DNA of 64,000 nucleotides from Kosmotogales bacterium (GTDB taxonomy: Bacteria > Thermotogota > Thermotogae > Petrotogales > Kosmotogaceae). Position 1 is the stretch's first letter; the number at the start of each line of letters is the position of its first letter. The notes beneath the pieces are model-generated. The model made no database searches. It worked only from the letters and a program-made list of their open reading frames with translations, and was not told where the DNA came from. Shown in pieces: positions 39,258 to 50,123 of the stretch. The position numbers and the translations under genes are program-made. The stretch covers positions 250-64,249 of the forward strand of contig JASGMR010000003.1 of the NCBI GenBank assembly GCA_030156385.1, in the 5' to 3' direction.

Positions 39258-40189
39258 TAAATGAATACCTTTTTTAATTTAGCGATTCTTTCTCTGGAAT
39301 TTTTATTAGTTAAAGTATTGATAAACCTTGATGAACGTTCTGAAGTTGCAATCGCTGTGAGCTTTTCATCTTCATCAACGATCCGGATGATTTCTTCTTT
39401 TTTAAAAGATCCTATTATTTTTTTTACAAAGTGACAATACACCTGAGAGCCGTTTTTTACCGAATTATTAAATTCATTTTTTATCATCACCGCTGGTAAA
39501 AATTTTGAGAACTTGTCCATTGAGATTATTTTTTCCAGGGAAATTTCTTCGGACATAATGGCGTTTTCAATTGAAAAATCTCCGATTTTAGTTCTTCTCA
39601 GTTTTTCGGTTACGGCTCCACAACCAATTTCATAACCAATATCCATAACCAGTGATCTGATATACGTACCTGAAGAGACTTCCGATGAAAAAGAAACTCT
39701 GTCATTTTTAAGATCGATATCGTCTATTACTAAATTTTTTATTTTTACCTTTTTCGGCGGAAGGTTTATTATCTTACCTTCCCTGGCCAATTTATAAAGT
39801 CTTTCTCCTTTATATTTTTTAGCAGAATAAGCGGGAGGAGTTTGAAAATAACTATCTTTGAAAGATTCGAATGCTTTTATAATATCATTTTCTTTGAGGT
39901 TTTTTGTATCTCTTTCTTCCTTCACGGTTCCTTCTAAATCGAATGTTTCGGTTATAATTCCAAGTTTCATAGTACATCGATAACTTTTATCCTGCTTTAA
40001 TAGAAATTCCAGCATCCTCGTCGCTTTCCCTATCCCCAATATCATTAAACCTGAAGCAAAAGGATCAAGGGTTCCGGCGTGACCGATTTTTTTGATTTTC
40101 AGTTTTTTCCTCGCTATTTCAACCAGTTCATGTGAAGATATGCCCTCTTCTTTATCAATTAATAAGAAACCATTCGTTTCATCTGTCAA
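39257..40189 (-). CDS. truB: tRNA pseudouridine(55) synthase
   Basis: GHAGTLDPFASG, PPAYSAKK, SSGTYIRSL. Confidence 0.97.
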   Translation of the reverse strand: MTDETNGFLLIDKEEGISSHELVEIARKKLKIKKIGHAGTLDPFASGLMILGIGKATRMLEFLLKQDKSYRCTMKLGIITETFDLEGTVKEERDTKNLKENDIIKAFESFKDSYFQTPPAYSAKKYKGERLYKLAREGKIINLPPKKVKIKNLVIDDIDLKNDRVSFSSEVSSGTYIRSLVMDIGYEIGCGAVTEKLRRTKIGDFSIENAIMSEEISLEKIISMDKFSKFLPAVMIKNEFNNSVKNGSQVYCHFVKKIIGSFKKEEIIRIVDEDEKLTAIATSERSSRFINTLTNKNSRERIAKLKKVFI

Positions 40190-40554
40190 TTTTTATTATC
40201 CTCTTCATGAATTTTGTTGAGTAGTTCCTGTACTCTTATACTGGCCTCAATACCTTTATCTGGTAAAAATTTAACCTCAGGTACTTTGAACAACCTGATG
40301 TTTTTTGCAAGTGCCGTTCTGAAATATCCCTTGTTTTCGTTCAATATTTCAATAATTTCTTCTTTTTTCTCCTCGGCATTTTCGCCAAAATAACTCACAA
40401 ATATATTTGAATATCTTTTGTCTTTGGAAACGGTTACCCTCACAATCGAAACATAGAGGGGATCGATTTTCGGTATCCTTGATTCTCTTAAGGCGGAAGT
40501 CAGAACTTTTTTTATTTCCGATTCCAGCATTTCTTTCCTGTATGTCGAACTCAT
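40186..40554 (-). CDS. rbfA: Ribosome-binding factor A
   Basis: VSIVRVTVSKD, KGYFRT, PEVKF..D; adjacent to truB. Confidence 0.93.
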   Translation of the reverse strand: MSSTYRKEMLESEIKKVLTSALRESRIPKIDPLYVSIVRVTVSKDKRYSNIFVSYFGENAEEKKEEIIEILNENKGYFRTALAKNIRLFKVPEVKFLPDKGIEASIRVQELLNKIHEEDNKN

Positions 40555-40575
40555 ATCCAGAACCCTCCTTTTACT

Positions 40576-43500
40576 TTAGTTTATCAATACGGGACGTTTG
40601 ATATTTGATATATTATAGAATCTATCTCCGGATTGAGTATCAATGTATAAAAAGTTCTCATCTGCAGATAGAGAATATATATTATCAGAAAATTCTATTT
40701 CTGACAATATATTGATGCTTGCCGGATTGAAAATATTTATTATGGAAATACCGGAATCTGTAACGGCGAAAAGATAAGAATCGAATTTTTCTAAAATATC
40801 GACTATGAAATAATTACCCACAGATTCCTTGGTAAAAGAATCCAAATTGATATATTTCAAACCGCCTTCTCTGCCTGATTCCCCAGCAAAAATCATATTA
40901 TCTCTAATTTGTATACAATTTATGAACCCATCCAGATTTTCCCTCTCTCTTGAAGAAGAACCCCTTTCGGAATAAGAATCATTCGAAGTTCTGACGAATA
41001 TCCTTATACCGAAGAAACTATCTGCGGTGACTATCGCATCAGCATTTTCCGTTATTGCAAAATCACTTGGAGCGGAATCCGTCTGTATAACCGTTTCAAA
41101 AGAATGAGGTATTCCGTTTTCCAGATAAACTTTTTTGATTGAACCGGATCCCACTGAGTCAAGAATCCATAAACAATTATCTGCATAATTCATCTTTACA
41201 GGTCCTGATCTGACATTAAACGTATTTAATAATTTCATATCAGAATCGGAATACAGATATGTCGAAATTTCTCCATAATCATCCACTAAATATACATAAT
41301 TTCCGTTTATAACAGGTTTTATGGAATAATTTTTATCTGTTATTTTTTTCAGATTCGGGAGACTGTTTGTTGAATTGAAATTGGCTATAATAGGATTCCC
41401 GTTCGATAATATTGGAAGATTATATAAATATTTTGTAGTTGAGAAATTCTTGATTTCACTTTTTACCTCATTTCCATTTTCATCTTCAGCAATGACCTGC
41501 CAGAAATAATTTTTATTTCTTTCAAGTGCATTCTTTGTTTTAAAGTATTTGTTGGAAGTCGTTGTTAGTTTCACCATGGAATTTGGTGAATAGCCGAGGT
41601 ACAACGAATATTGTACGTTGTTTCCAATATTAGAATCCCATTGATAAATGGGGTAGCCGAGGATCCCATTTTCGTCAGGGGTCCCGGCATCTATAGAATA
41701 ATTGAGTATTTTTTCAGTGGTGAATTTTCTAACCGGTGATTTTATATAATATTTTCCATCGGATATTTCTATACTCCAGTAATAATCTCTTCCTGCCTGA
41801 AGATCGGATAAAGTGTAAGTATTTGATGAAGTGTTTCCCACAATTCTTAATTCTGAGGCTGAATTACCCAGTAAAATTTTATAAGTTAAATTATCGTTAT
41901 CGACATCGCTACCCGTCCAGGAAACTGTGATGGAATTTTTAACATTTATAACATTATCATCCGGAGAAATTATGTTGATGACAGGTTTACTGTTTATGGT
42001 TTTGAATGACCAAATAGGAGAGAGGATTGTATCACCGTCACTCTTTGCCATTACCCTCCACGAATACATCGTATTTCCCTTTAAAGCTTTGCCGAGTTTA
42101 TACGAATTGGTCCGAATGCCCTGTGCAATTGGTGAGGCCATATTTTCGAAGAACAAATCGTAGGTGATATCGTCGGAACTGTCTGCCAAAGTCCATGATA
42201 AAGTTAAATCGGAAGTTTTTATTTCATCGGAATTATTTGAAGGATTCTGTGAGATAAACTGCAAAGGTTTTTCCGTTGTTTTGAATGAAAAAACCGGTCC
42301 CTGCGAAATATTTCCATCGTACACTTCCATAGCCCACTTATATTCCGTGCCGTTTTTCAGTGCACCGTTATAGACAAAACTGTTTTTATTTCCCTCTATT
42401 TCTACCCTGTCGATTAGATTATCTTCATTGTCGTAAAGGATGAATGTGTAGCTTATAGGTGTAGAGAAACCCAGATACTCCCATTTAAACGGATTTTCAG
42501 TGTTGAATAAACTTCCGTTTTCCGGCTGTGTATATTTTATTTTCTCTTCTTCAAATTCGATTTTAATTTTTTCCGACTCGTAAGTATTTCCTTCATCAAT
42601 GACTTTTATGTAAAAATCATAATTATGATCGGTATTCAGTGATCTGATATTTTGACCTATCTGGAATGATTCTATATTTTTGCCTGAAAGTACCGGTTCG
42701 CTTTCTTCTTTCCCTTCCTGAATGAAAAATATTTGTATTTCGGCAGCATCGGAGGCATTTTTTATTTTCCATTTGAGTATATATGGCAGAGATGATAACG
42801 TCAAAGTCTTTTTGCTGTCAATTATTATTTCTACAGGTTCTTTGATGGTTTTAAAAGAATATTCTTCCGAAATTTTTTCGGCTCTGTTTTCATCTTCCAC
42901 ACCGACCCACCATTTATAAGTGGAGTTGCTTTTTAAAGGCTCACTTAAAATTAATTTGTTTTCTCCGTTTGAGTTCATTACTTCTTTTTTGATTATGTCC
43001 CCGTTTTCATCCATTATGTAAACGTTTGAGATTAAATCCTGAGAATCTTCATCAAAATTTCTCCAGAAAAGCTCAACATTTTTTCCATCGACTTCATCGC
43101 TTCCATTTTCAGGTGAAATCAATTCGGGAATTTTTGGAGGCGAGTTGTAACTCATAAAATAGGAAGGTTCACTTTCAACTTTATCATTTCCATCTATTGA
43201 GATCACTTTCCAGAAATATTTGGTGTTCTGATTCTTTACGGCATCGCTGACTTTTAGTGATGTTTTATTTGAATTGTAAACTCTTGCGCCAATGAAATCA
43301 CTATTTTCTGCAATGAGTAATTGATATTTCGGATTGGTATTTTCCCGGAGATTCATCCACGAAAATTCAATCTCTCCAACAGGAACATCTATTGCACCAT
43401 TTTCTGGAGATACGAGTATTGCGCCGTCGGGTGTACTTTCTTCGGTTGTTATTTTTATCGTTTCACTCTGATTTTTGGCATCGTTGGAATCTTTACCTAT

Positions 43501-45045
43501 TACATACCATTCATATTCTCTGTTCGGCTTCAGATTTACGAACAAATACGTATTTTCGTATGTGTTTCTCTGATTTTTTTCGCCGCTTAAAATATCGGTT
43601 ATGACCAGTGTATAGTTTATTGAATCACCCTCGGGATCGCTGCCCTCCCAAACAAATTTAACGTTATATGGTGTGACCTCGGCATTATTAATCGGTTCTA
43701 AAAGCTCTATTCTCGGTGGTAAATTACCGGAGTAATAATCCACTTCCTTAGTTGTTTTAGCCCCATATGCATCTTTCGCGATCAATTTGATCGTGTAATT
43801 TTTTCCTTTATCTAAATCTTCAACGATAAGATTATTTCTTTTTTCATTTTCAAACAGAATGGTTTCTTCTCCGTCCGGATGAATTAAATATGCCGATATA
43901 TTAACTTCGTCGTCATCTTCATCGGTTGTCGACCAGGTTAAATAAATATTTTTCATACCTTCGATTATTTCGTCTTTTTGTTCTATTATATTTATTGTTG
44001 GATTTCTATTCAACGTCGAAAATTCCCATATATCACTTGATTTTATTTCTCCTGATTCAAGATCCTCGATCTCTACCTTCCATTTGTAACTTGTATGTGC
44101 CTCTAATTCGGGAGAATTTATGAAGGTTGAAGTTGCAGAATCATAAAAAACAGGATCGTTCTCGGCATCGGAAAAATAAACCCTGTAAACGACGGGTGAG
44201 TAATATCTATTGGATAATTCCCAATTCAGAGTTTCGATACTCGGGGCAACAATTTTTTCGTTGAACCCGGGATTACCTTTAACCGGACGTGGTAAAGGCT
44301 GTACCGACTCAGTTGTAAAAGAACTTGTAATCGACGACGATTCTTTCTGTCCGTCGGTTGCAACTACCCGCCAATAATATTTTGTAGAGAAATTTAATTT
44401 TGGAAGTTTTTCAAACGGTAAAGTGTTTTTATTCCAGTTTGTAACCACAAGAGATGAATCTGAAAGATTTGGACTTTCCCCGAAATATATATCGTATAAA
44501 ATAACGTCATTATCAGCGTCGGTGGATTTTATCCATGAAAGCTCTTCATTTGCAAGGGCAACATTCGTCTCATTCGGTTGTGGGAAAAGAATATCGGATT
44601 TACTCGGCTGGTCATTTTTCAAAGTGAAGGTCCAGGGATTTACTTCTTCAAATTTACCATCCTCATTTTTCACTTTAACTGTCCACCAGTATTGCTTATG
44701 TGGTGAAAGATTCATCTCATATTCAAAGGTAAAAATTCCTTCCGAAGCGTATGTCGGATCACCCAAAATCCCTTTTTGAACGAGCTCAAGATCGTTTTCT
44801 GATTCACCTAAGTAAAAATCTGCATAAACAGGATCACCGGGATTGCTATAGTATGCTTCCCAATAGAATGTCATCGGATCATCGTAATAAAGTCTTTCGC
44901 CATTTCTGGGTTGAGGAGAAAGATCGCTGATCGAGATCTTTGGAATTGGTTTTGGCCAGAAAAAATAAGCTAGAATTCCTCCACCTGCAACAATCAATAT
45001 TAAAATTATTATTGAAATTACAGCGATTCCTTTTTTTCTGTTCAT
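40576..45045 (-). CDS. Large membrane-anchored protein, about 12 Fn3-like repeats plus C-terminal beta-propeller-like domain
   Basis: N-terminal TM; ~95-aa repeats P.N..W..D.D..Y..L....Y.W.V...SF.T. Confidence 0.8.
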   Translation of the reverse strand: MNRKKGIAVISIIILILIVAGGGILAYFFWPKPIPKISISDLSPQPRNGERLYYDDPMTFYWEAYYSNPGDPVYADFYLGESENDLELVQKGILGDPTYASEGIFTFEYEMNLSPHKQYWWTVKVKNEDGKFEEVNPWTFTLKNDQPSKSDILFPQPNETNVALANEELSWIKSTDADNDVILYDIYFGESPNLSDSSLVVTNWNKNTLPFEKLPKLNFSTKYYWRVVATDGQKESSSITSSFTTESVQPLPRPVKGNPGFNEKIVAPSIETLNWELSNRYYSPVVYRVYFSDAENDPVFYDSATSTFINSPELEAHTSYKWKVEIEDLESGEIKSSDIWEFSTLNRNPTINIIEQKDEIIEGMKNIYLTWSTTDEDDDEVNISAYLIHPDGEETILFENEKRNNLIVEDLDKGKNYTIKLIAKDAYGAKTTKEVDYYSGNLPPRIELLEPINNAEVTPYNVKFVWEGSDPEGDSINYTLVITDILSGEKNQRNTYENTYLFVNLKPNREYEWYVIGKDSNDAKNQSETIKITTEESTPDGAILVSPENGAIDVPVGEIEFSWMNLRENTNPKYQLLIAENSDFIGARVYNSNKTSLKVSDAVKNQNTKYFWKVISIDGNDKVESEPSYFMSYNSPPKIPELISPENGSDEVDGKNVELFWRNFDEDSQDLISNVYIMDENGDIIKKEVMNSNGENKLILSEPLKSNSTYKWWVGVEDENRAEKISEEYSFKTIKEPVEIIIDSKKTLTLSSLPYILKWKIKNASDAAEIQIFFIQEGKEESEPVLSGKNIESFQIGQNIRSLNTDHNYDFYIKVIDEGNTYESEKIKIEFEEEKIKYTQPENGSLFNTENPFKWEYLGFSTPISYTFILYDNEDNLIDRVEIEGNKNSFVYNGALKNGTEYKWAMEVYDGNISQGPVFSFKTTEKPLQFISQNPSNNSDEIKTSDLTLSWTLADSSDDITYDLFFENMASPIAQGIRTNSYKLGKALKGNTMYSWRVMAKSDGDTILSPIWSFKTINSKPVINIISPDDNVINVKNSITVSWTGSDVDNDNLTYKILLGNSASELRIVGNTSSNTYTLSDLQAGRDYYWSIEISDGKYYIKSPVRKFTTEKILNYSIDAGTPDENGILGYPIYQWDSNIGNNVQYSLYLGYSPNSMVKLTTTSNKYFKTKNALERNKNYFWQVIAEDENGNEVKSEIKNFSTTKYLYNLPILSNGNPIIANFNSTNSLPNLKKITDKNYSIKPVINGNYVYLVDDYGEISTYLYSDSDMKLLNTFNVRSGPVKMNYADNCLWILDSVGSGSIKKVYLENGIPHSFETVIQTDSAPSDFAITENADAIVTADSFFGIRIFVRTSNDSYSERGSSSRERENLDGFINCIQIRDNMIFAGESGREGGLKYINLDSFTKESVGNYFIVDILEKFDSYLFAVTDSGISIINIFNPASINILSEIEFSDNIYSLSADENFLYIDTQSGDRFYNISNIKRPVLIN

Positions 45046-45072
45046 TTTTCAAATCCCTCCAAAACCGATATA

Positions 45073-46335
45073 TTAATACGATAATTCAACTACGTTATTG
45101 TTTCCGTATTTTCTCAGATTATTCGAAATAATTCTTATATCTTTACCATTTTTAATCAATTTTATGTAAGCCATTTCTATTCTTTTTTCAAAACCATTTA
45201 AACCTTTACTCTGTATTTTCTCAATCACGGGAGTCCAGGCACCAGTATTGGCATAAAAAAGATATTCCTCTGGCTTAGGAATAATTCGCACACAATGCTT
45301 ATGATTATGACCCATTATTACACCTTTGAGTTCAGTAGGGAATATTGGGATTTTTTCTTTCAATTTCCAATAGTTGGAAATTGTATCAATCACTTCTTTG
45401 AACCCCTTTGAAGAATCATAAACTCCCAATAACTTTTGTGCCTGTCTGAAAAGATTATCCGTTTTTCTAAACTTTCTGATATTCATCACCAAAGATATTA
45501 AAAATTGCCCCAAAACCATTCCCCCAAACTCATTGATAAATATCTTTTTGAGAAATTTTAATTTCGGCCAGAGCACTGAAATCCACTCATTTCCGTATTC
45601 GCTGTTTAGAAGCCTGATGAAATTGTCCGTCCAGAGCTTCAACAGGTCTTCGTTTATATCATGTTTTCTCTGAAGATATTGTAAATATTCGAATATATCT
45701 AGAATTGGACTTATCAAATGCAGATTTTGAAGAATGGATATCGGAAGATTCAATTTTTCCAGTTTTTTCTCAAAAGTTCTTTTCATGAAGCTGTACATAT
45801 AATCTGAAAAGGGTGGAAGAATATCTTCGCCATTTTTTCTTTCAACAATTTTGTTTGCAATATCGAATTGATTTCCATGAATGGAAAACACTTTAAAATC
45901 CTTATCTATATAATATGGAAGTATTTCAATATTTTCTTCTGTATCTGATAATGCTTCGGCGGATCTCAACATCAATTTTTCATTGTAAATTAGATGCACA
46001 TCGTGGTTTCCAATAAGATACTTTATTTTTCCTTTTTTGGAGAATTTTTTAAAAGAATCGAATACTTTAGGGTGAGTTTTTTCTATACTGTCTATTATAC
46101 CTAAATCGATGTTTTTACAGGATTCTGAAAAATTCAGTGAAAATGTGACTTCATCAATTTTATCGTTCATCATTAGTTCAAGCAGGTCACCTACTATGAT
46201 GATTTCTTTTACATTATCTTCAATGGCCTCGTCGATAAGTGTTTCAAATTCGTCATCGAAATGGAAGTAGTCGGTGTCTCCCCCATTCCCTAGATGTAAA
46301 TCCGCCAAATATATTTTTTTAATATCGTTTTCCAT
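45073..46335 (-). CDS. Calcineurin-like metallophosphoesterase (LpxH/YbbF-like motifs)
   Basis: ADLHLG, VGD, GNHD, HGNQFD, GHNH, NTGAW. Confidence 0.82.
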   Translation of the reverse strand: MENDIKKIYLADLHLGNGGDTDYFHFDDEFETLIDEAIEDNVKEIIIVGDLLELMMNDKIDEVTFSLNFSESCKNIDLGIIDSIEKTHPKVFDSFKKFSKKGKIKYLIGNHDVHLIYNEKLMLRSAEALSDTEENIEILPYYIDKDFKVFSIHGNQFDIANKIVERKNGEDILPPFSDYMYSFMKRTFEKKLEKLNLPISILQNLHLISPILDIFEYLQYLQRKHDINEDLLKLWTDNFIRLLNSEYGNEWISVLWPKLKFLKKIFINEFGGMVLGQFLISLVMNIRKFRKTDNLFRQAQKLLGVYDSSKGFKEVIDTISNYWKLKEKIPIFPTELKGVIMGHNHKHCVRIIPKPEEYLFYANTGAWTPVIEKIQSKGLNGFEKRIEMAYIKLIKNGKDIRIISNNLRKYGNNNVVELSY

Positions 46336-46403
46336 TTCTACACTCCATAAAAATAAATAATATTTTTGGTATAATTCAACGTGTATATATTATAGATTTT
46401 GAG

Positions 46404-47330
46404 GTGTTTAAAATATTTTATCTTTTTGATTTTTTAATTTCATTATCAGCGGTTTTTTCAGGTTCAGGAGCATTTTTTATTACTCTTTCTTTCGTTTTGC
46501 TGATATCCTTTGTAATGAGAAGCAATGAAAGCGCCATATTCAGTAATCATACCTCGAGAAGGGTATCATTGGTCGGGTCTTTGCTTTTTTATTTGCTGCT
46601 CTTCCTTATATATATAATCGTGTTTAAAAAGATATCATATTTTATTTTCATCCCGCTAATCGATATAATCCTCAAAAATACTATCCTTTATCGACTTAAG
46701 TATATAACGAAAAAAGTATATTTTCTATCTGATGAAGAAATAAAGGAACTTTCTTTCGGTGAAAAAAATTATGATTCCGTAAAAAGAGTTCTTGATATCA
46801 TTTTATCAATTTTTATGCTGGTTTTATTATCACCAATCTTTCTCATAATATATTTTCTGATAGCCATATTGGACGGAAAACCAGCGATAATAAAACAAAA
46901 AAGAATCGGCAGAGATGAAAAAGAATTTTATATGTATAAATTCAGGACATATAAGTTTGATGGAGAAACGAAAACAAAAATAGGTAAAATAATCAGGCCG
47001 ATCAGATTCGATGAACTTCCCCAGTTCTTCAATGTTTTAAAAGGAGATATGTCAGTTGTTGGGCCCAGGCCGGAACTGATGTTTTTTCACAAAATGGCTG
47101 CTGAAAATATTTCTTATTATCATTGGAGAGCAAAAATCAAACCCGGTCTCACCGGTTGGGCCCAGATAAACTATAAATATACTCAAACGATAGAAGAATA
47201 TATAATGAAAACTAAATATGATCTCTATTATTTAAAAAACAGATCTTTTTGTATCGATTTTAAAATTTTCTTCAAAACTCCTTACGCGATTGTTTTCACT
47301 CTATTAAAAAGAAAAAAATCCCAATTGTAA
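46404..47330 (+). CDS. Polyprenyl-phosphate sugar-1-phosphate transferase (priming glycosyltransferase)
   Basis: KRVLDI, KFRT, FDELPQFFNVLKGDMSVVGPRPE, KPGLTGWAQ, YDLYY. Confidence 0.92.
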   Translation: MFKIFYLFDFLISLSAVFSGSGAFFITLSFVLLISFVMRSNESAIFSNHTSRRVSLVGSLLFYLLLFLIYIIVFKKISYFIFIPLIDIILKNTILYRLKYITKKVYFLSDEEIKELSFGEKNYDSVKRVLDIILSIFMLVLLSPIFLIIYFLIAILDGKPAIIKQKRIGRDEKEFYMYKFRTYKFDGETKTKIGKIIRPIRFDELPQFFNVLKGDMSVVGPRPELMFFHKMAAENISYYHWRAKIKPGLTGWAQINYKYTQTIEEYIMKTKYDLYYLKNRSFCIDFKIFFKTPYAIVFTLLKRKKSQL

Positions 47331-47516
47331 ATTGTTTTAAAAACTCCGGATGAAAGAATTGAATGTATTTGAACATTTGTATATAGTTTTTTTGTGAGTT
47401 TAAAAAAATAAGCGTTTGGTTCACCTCAATCATTTTTGCTATCTTATTCTTCAATTAATGAACAAACATATTGACTGTGATATAATTTTCTCAAATTTGT
47501 TTTAGGAGTGAAGTGA

Positions 47517-50123
47517 ATGCAAGATTTGGAAAGTAAGTACAATCCATCTGCTATTGAAAAGAAATGGTACAGGTTTTGGAAAGAAAAAGGACTCTTTAAA
47601 CCATCTGACGCTGAAAAATCATACACTATTGTGATACCTCCTCCGAATATAACCGGAGCAATTCACATGGGGCATGCGCTTAACATGACTTTACAGGATG
47701 TTCTGGTCAGGTATAAAAGACTGAAGGGGTTTTCTACACTTTGGCTTCCGGGTGAAGACCACGCCGGTATTGCAACTCAAAATGCCGTTGAAAAATCTTT
47801 GGCAAAAGAGAACAAAAACAGACACGAATTGGGCAGAGAAAAATTCGTCGATATAACCTGGGAATGGGCAAACCATTTTAGAAAAAGAATAAAGCAGCAG
47901 ATTGAGGTGATGGGTTGTTCGTGTGATTGGTCGAGAGAGAGATTTACGCTTGATGAAGGCCTGGAAAGTGCCGTTAGAAAAGCATTTGTCCTGTTATACA
48001 AAAAGGGTCTGATATATAAGGGAAAATACATTGTTAACTGGTGTTCAAGATGCGGAACGGTTCTTTCGGATGAAGAGGTGGAACACGAGGATGTTCCGTC
48101 GGCGTTCTGGTATATTAAATATCCTTTCGCCGATGATAAGGAGAAATATGTGGTTATCGCTACAACGAGACCGGAAACCATGTTGGGGGATACAGCTATT
48201 GCCGTTAACCCAAGCGATGAAAGATATAAAAATTTAATAGGCAAAGAGGTCATTCTGCCTCTCGTTAATAAAAAAATAAAAATAATCGGTGATATACACG
48301 CCGATCCTGAAATGGGAACAGGGGCATTGAAAGTTACTCCCGCCCACGATCCAAATGATTTTTTAATAGGGCTTAGGCATGATTTAGATGTGGTTGAAAT
48401 AATGGATGGTGATGGGAAAATAAATGAAAATGGTGGAGTTTATACTGGCCTGGATAGATTTGAAGCCAGAAAAAAGATAGTCGAAGATCTTAAGGATAAA
48501 GGATATTTGATAAAAATTGAAGAAATGACCCATTCGGTTGGGAAATGTTATAGATGTGGTACTTTGATAGAACCATCTCTTTCAGACCAGTGGTTTGTTA
48601 AAGTCAAGCCTCTCGCTTCAGAAGCGATAAAGGCGGTTGAAAATGGTGAAGTTAAATTTCATCCGGACAGATGGACTAAGGTGTATCTTCGCTGGATGAA
48701 TGAAATTCGCGATTGGTGCATTTCGAGACAACTATGGTGGGGACATCGTATACCTGTATGGTATTGTCAGGAATGTGGAGAAGTTATCTGCGAAGAGCAT
48801 GATCCGGATTTCTGCCCAAAATGTGGTAGCAAAAATCTAAAACAGGATGAGGATGTTTTAGATACCTGGTTCAGTTCACAACTCTGGCCTTTTTCTACTC
48901 TTGGCTGGCCGGAAAAGACCGATGATCTGGAGAAATTTTATCCCACATCCACTCTCGTTACCGGTTTTGATATAATCTTTTTTTGGGTTGCGAGAATGAT
49001 CATGGCCGGATATGAATTTATGGGTGAAAGGCCATTTGATGATGTTTATATAACTCAGCTTGTCAGAGACAAAGATGGCAGAAAAATGTCTAAATCCCTA
49101 GGAAACGGTATAGATCCCATTGAAGTTGTTGAAGAATATGGTGCGGATCCAATGCGATTTACCCTGGTGAGATTGACTCATGGGAATGATATCAATCTGG
49201 ACGTAAAATTCATTGAGGCGAACAAGAAATTTGCAAATAAAATATGGAATGCGACGAGATTTGTTTTAATGAATTTGCAGGATTATAAAAAAATTGATAT
49301 TGATGAAAAAGATTTGGAATTGGAAGATAGATGGATTATTTCAAGGTTGGGTGATACGGTTTCGGAAGTGGAAAATTCACTTGACAATTTTGAATTCAAT
49401 CTTGCCGCAACAAAAATCTATTCGTTTTTCTGGAACGAGTTTTGTGACTGGTATATTGAATCGATAAAAGGACGATTGAGAAATCAGAATAAGACAAAAC
49501 TCGTAGCTCAAAATGTGCTGGTAAAAATTCTGGACGGCTCTTTGAAGATATTGCATCCATTCATGCCGTTTGTGACTGAAGAATTATGGCAAAAACTTCC
49601 GGTACAGGGTGAATCAATAATGACCCAGAAATGGCCCGAACTTGAAGATTTTCCCGGAGATAAAGAAGCTGAAAAGGATTTTGACAGATTGATGGAGATA
49701 ATAAAGGGTATAAGGAACGTGAGAGCAGAAATGAGTATACCACCTTCAAAATCAATTGAAATCTATTATATCGGAACAAAACTCGATGAAAACTATTTGA
49801 ATATTCTTAAATTGTTGGGGAATGTTTTGGAGATTTCAAAGAAGGATGAAAAAATAAGAGGTAGCGCCACAGCTTATGCCGACGAAATACAGATGTTCTA
49901 TATTTTTCTTGGTGAAATGGATTTGGAAGCGGAAGTGGGTAGATTGGAAGAGAAAAAAACGAAGTTTCTTAAGGAAATAAAAATGTTTGAAAAAAAATTA
50001 TCTAACGGGAAGTTTATAGAAAGAGCACCAGAGGAAGTAGTGAATGAAAATAAAGAGAAATTGCAAAAAAACAGGGATGATCTTTTCAGAATAGAAAAGA
50101 TTATCCAGGACCTGAAATCATAA
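47517..50123 (+). CDS. valS: Valine--tRNA ligase
   Basis: PPPNITG.HMGH, DHAGIATQ, WCISRQLWWGH, KMSKS, C-terminal coiled coil. Confidence 0.98.
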   Translation: MQDLESKYNPSAIEKKWYRFWKEKGLFKPSDAEKSYTIVIPPPNITGAIHMGHALNMTLQDVLVRYKRLKGFSTLWLPGEDHAGIATQNAVEKSLAKENKNRHELGREKFVDITWEWANHFRKRIKQQIEVMGCSCDWSRERFTLDEGLESAVRKAFVLLYKKGLIYKGKYIVNWCSRCGTVLSDEEVEHEDVPSAFWYIKYPFADDKEKYVVIATTRPETMLGDTAIAVNPSDERYKNLIGKEVILPLVNKKIKIIGDIHADPEMGTGALKVTPAHDPNDFLIGLRHDLDVVEIMDGDGKINENGGVYTGLDRFEARKKIVEDLKDKGYLIKIEEMTHSVGKCYRCGTLIEPSLSDQWFVKVKPLASEAIKAVENGEVKFHPDRWTKVYLRWMNEIRDWCISRQLWWGHRIPVWYCQECGEVICEEHDPDFCPKCGSKNLKQDEDVLDTWFSSQLWPFSTLGWPEKTDDLEKFYPTSTLVTGFDIIFFWVARMIMAGYEFMGERPFDDVYITQLVRDKDGRKMSKSLGNGIDPIEVVEEYGADPMRFTLVRLTHGNDINLDVKFIEANKKFANKIWNATRFVLMNLQDYKKIDIDEKDLELEDRWIISRLGDTVSEVENSLDNFEFNLAATKIYSFFWNEFCDWYIESIKGRLRNQNKTKLVAQNVLVKILDGSLKILHPFMPFVTEELWQKLPVQGESIMTQKWPELEDFPGDKEAEKDFDRLMEIIKGIRNVRAEMSIPPSKSIEIYYIGTKLDENYLNILKLLGNVLEISKKDEKIRGSATAYADEIQMFYIFLGEMDLEAEVGRLEEKKTKFLKEIKMFEKKLSNGKFIERAPEEVVNENKEKLQKNRDDLFRIEKIIQDLKS

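Noticed and set aside
47331..47516. Possible T-box upstream of valS; short minus-strand ORF
   Set aside because: No T-box consensus or terminator, an extended -10 lies close to the start codon, and the ORF lacks an RBS
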